Of a stretch of DNA of 64,000 bases, positions 63,106-64,000 are shown one piece after another (within the stretch, counting starts at the first letter, position 1; every line of letters begins with the position of its first letter). The translations under genes were made by a program, and so were the position numbers. The DNA is from an uncultured Acidimicrobiia bacterium (GTDB lineage Bacteria; Actinomycetota; Acidimicrobiia; Acidimicrobiales; Ilumatobacteraceae). Below the pieces are notes generated by a model. The model was not told the DNA's origin. It ran no database searches and saw only the letters and a list, made by a program, of their open reading frames with translations. The stretch covers positions 1,066-65,065 of the forward strand of contig CAVVSE010000004.1 of the NCBI GenBank assembly GCA_963750905.1. The letters are read 5' to 3'.

Positions 63106-64000
63106 TCAGGCCAGCTCGATGTCGATCGGGGCCAGCAGCGATCCGTCCGTGACGAGGCGCTCGACGGTCGCCAGCCGCGGGCCGAGCCAGGCATCGGGAC
63201 CGGGTCCACCGACGGCCTCGACCACGAGCCGGGCCGCCGCCCCGGTGCCGGCGGCGGGACGCAGCGGGGCCCGCAGCTCGAGTCCCCACGCCGCGGCGAC
63301 GACCTCCACGGCGAGGATGCGGGCCAGGTTGGCGACGGCGACGCGCAGCTTGCGGGCGGCCGACCAGCCGAGTGAGACGTGGTCCTCCTGCATGGCGCTC
63401 GTCGGCAGCGTGTCGGTGCTCGCCGGGACCGCCAGCCGCCGGTTCTCCGCCACCATCGCCGCCTGCGTGTACTGGGCGATCATCAGGCCCGAGTTCACGC
63501 CGGCGTCCGGGGCCAGGAACGGCGGCAGGCCCTGCGACCGCGTGCGGTCGAGCAGGCGGTCCGTGCGGCGCTCGCTCACGGCCCCGACGTCGGCGACCGA
63601 GATCGCCAGGAAGTCGGCGACAGCGGCCACGGGGGCGCCGTGGAAGTTGCCGCACGACTCGACTCGCCCGTCCGGCAGGACGACCGGGTTGTCGATGAAC
63701 GAGACGAGCTCGCGCGCCGCGACGTCCCGGGCGTGGGCGACGGTGTCGCGGGCCGCGCCGTGGACCTGCGGCGTGCAGCGCAGGGAGTAGGCGTCCTGGA
63801 CGCGGTCGTCACCGACCCGGTGGCTGGCGACGATCGGCGACCCTGCGAGCAGGGCGCGCAGGTTCGCCGCGCTGGCGGCCTGCCCGACCTGGGGGCGCAT
63901 GGCGACGAGGTCGGCGGCGAACGCCCGATCGGTGCCGAGCAGGGCCTCCGTCGACATCGCCCCGGCGACGTCCGCCACGCGCAGGAGGACGTCGAGGTCG
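63106..64000 (-). CDS. hutH: Histidine ammonia-lyase, C-terminal part (5' end beyond window)
   Basis: VQDAYSLRC.PQVHGA.RD, NPVV.PDG.V.S.GNFHGAPVA, SGLMIAQYT.AA...ENR.LA.PAS.D..PTSA.QEDHVS. Confidence 0.9.
   Translation of the reverse strand, partial: DLDVLLRVADVAGAMSTEALLGTDRAFAADLVAMRPQVGQAASAANLRALLAGSPIVASHRVGDDRVQDAYSLRCTPQVHGAARDTVAHARDVAARELVSFIDNPVVLPDGRVESCGNFHGAPVAAVADFLAISVADVGAVSERRTDRLLDRTRSQGLPPFLAPDAGVNSGLMIAQYTQAAMVAENRRLAVPASTDTLPTSAMQEDHVSLGWSAARKLRVAVANLARILAVEVVAAAWGLELRAPLRPAAGTGAAARLVVEAVGGPGPDAWLGPRLATVERLVTDGSLLAPIDIELA

Overview
High-GC (about 70%) actinobacterial-type chromosomal window in two parts.

**Left, 1-23.9 kb: accessory region.** It looks like a decayed integrated/conjugative element abutting tRNA-Gly(CCC). 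It holds:
- a 5'-truncated TraA-like relaxase;
- two paralogous 'Rv2258c-like methyltransferase + SARP/STAND regulator' modules, one with an embedded class III nucleotide cyclase;
- a translationally coupled NTF2-like protein and ECF sigma factor;
- a ZIP transporter, an APH-like kinase and a LipJ-like hydrolase-cyclase;
- gene remnants, scrambled IS256 and IS5/IS1182 debris, an Xis-like gene and a multiply frameshifted tyrosine integrase.

**Right, 24-64 kb: core genome.** It holds:
- dcd, topoisomerase IB and a membrane Mo-oxidoreductase;
- a tandem-FAS1 lipoprotein next to sigK-rskA;
- an Rv0338c-like Fe-S reductase, a cNMP-binding protein and gpmA;
- cysD-cysN-cysC;
- dnaK-grpE-dnaJ-hspR with a HAIR operator;
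- a secreted glyoxal/galactose-oxidase-like protein;
- a tightly packed hutU-phyH-def-akr-hutF-hutI operon, plus hutH.

**Structure not explained by genes:**
- three families of dispersed intergenic repeats, two of which punctuate the cys operon and supply its start codons;
- a 9-bp tandem repeat;
- several strong GC hairpins.

**Caveat.** About 18 conserved genes, including grpE and cdd, need single-base frame corrections. Almost all are an extra G/C, which looks like consensus insertion error rather than biology. Pseudogene status outside the island is therefore uncertain.

No rRNA or CRISPR array was seen. I found no clear-cut novel system. The best candidates are the SARP-cyclase-STAND fusion with its duplicated methyltransferase module, and the def paralog embedded in the hut operon.
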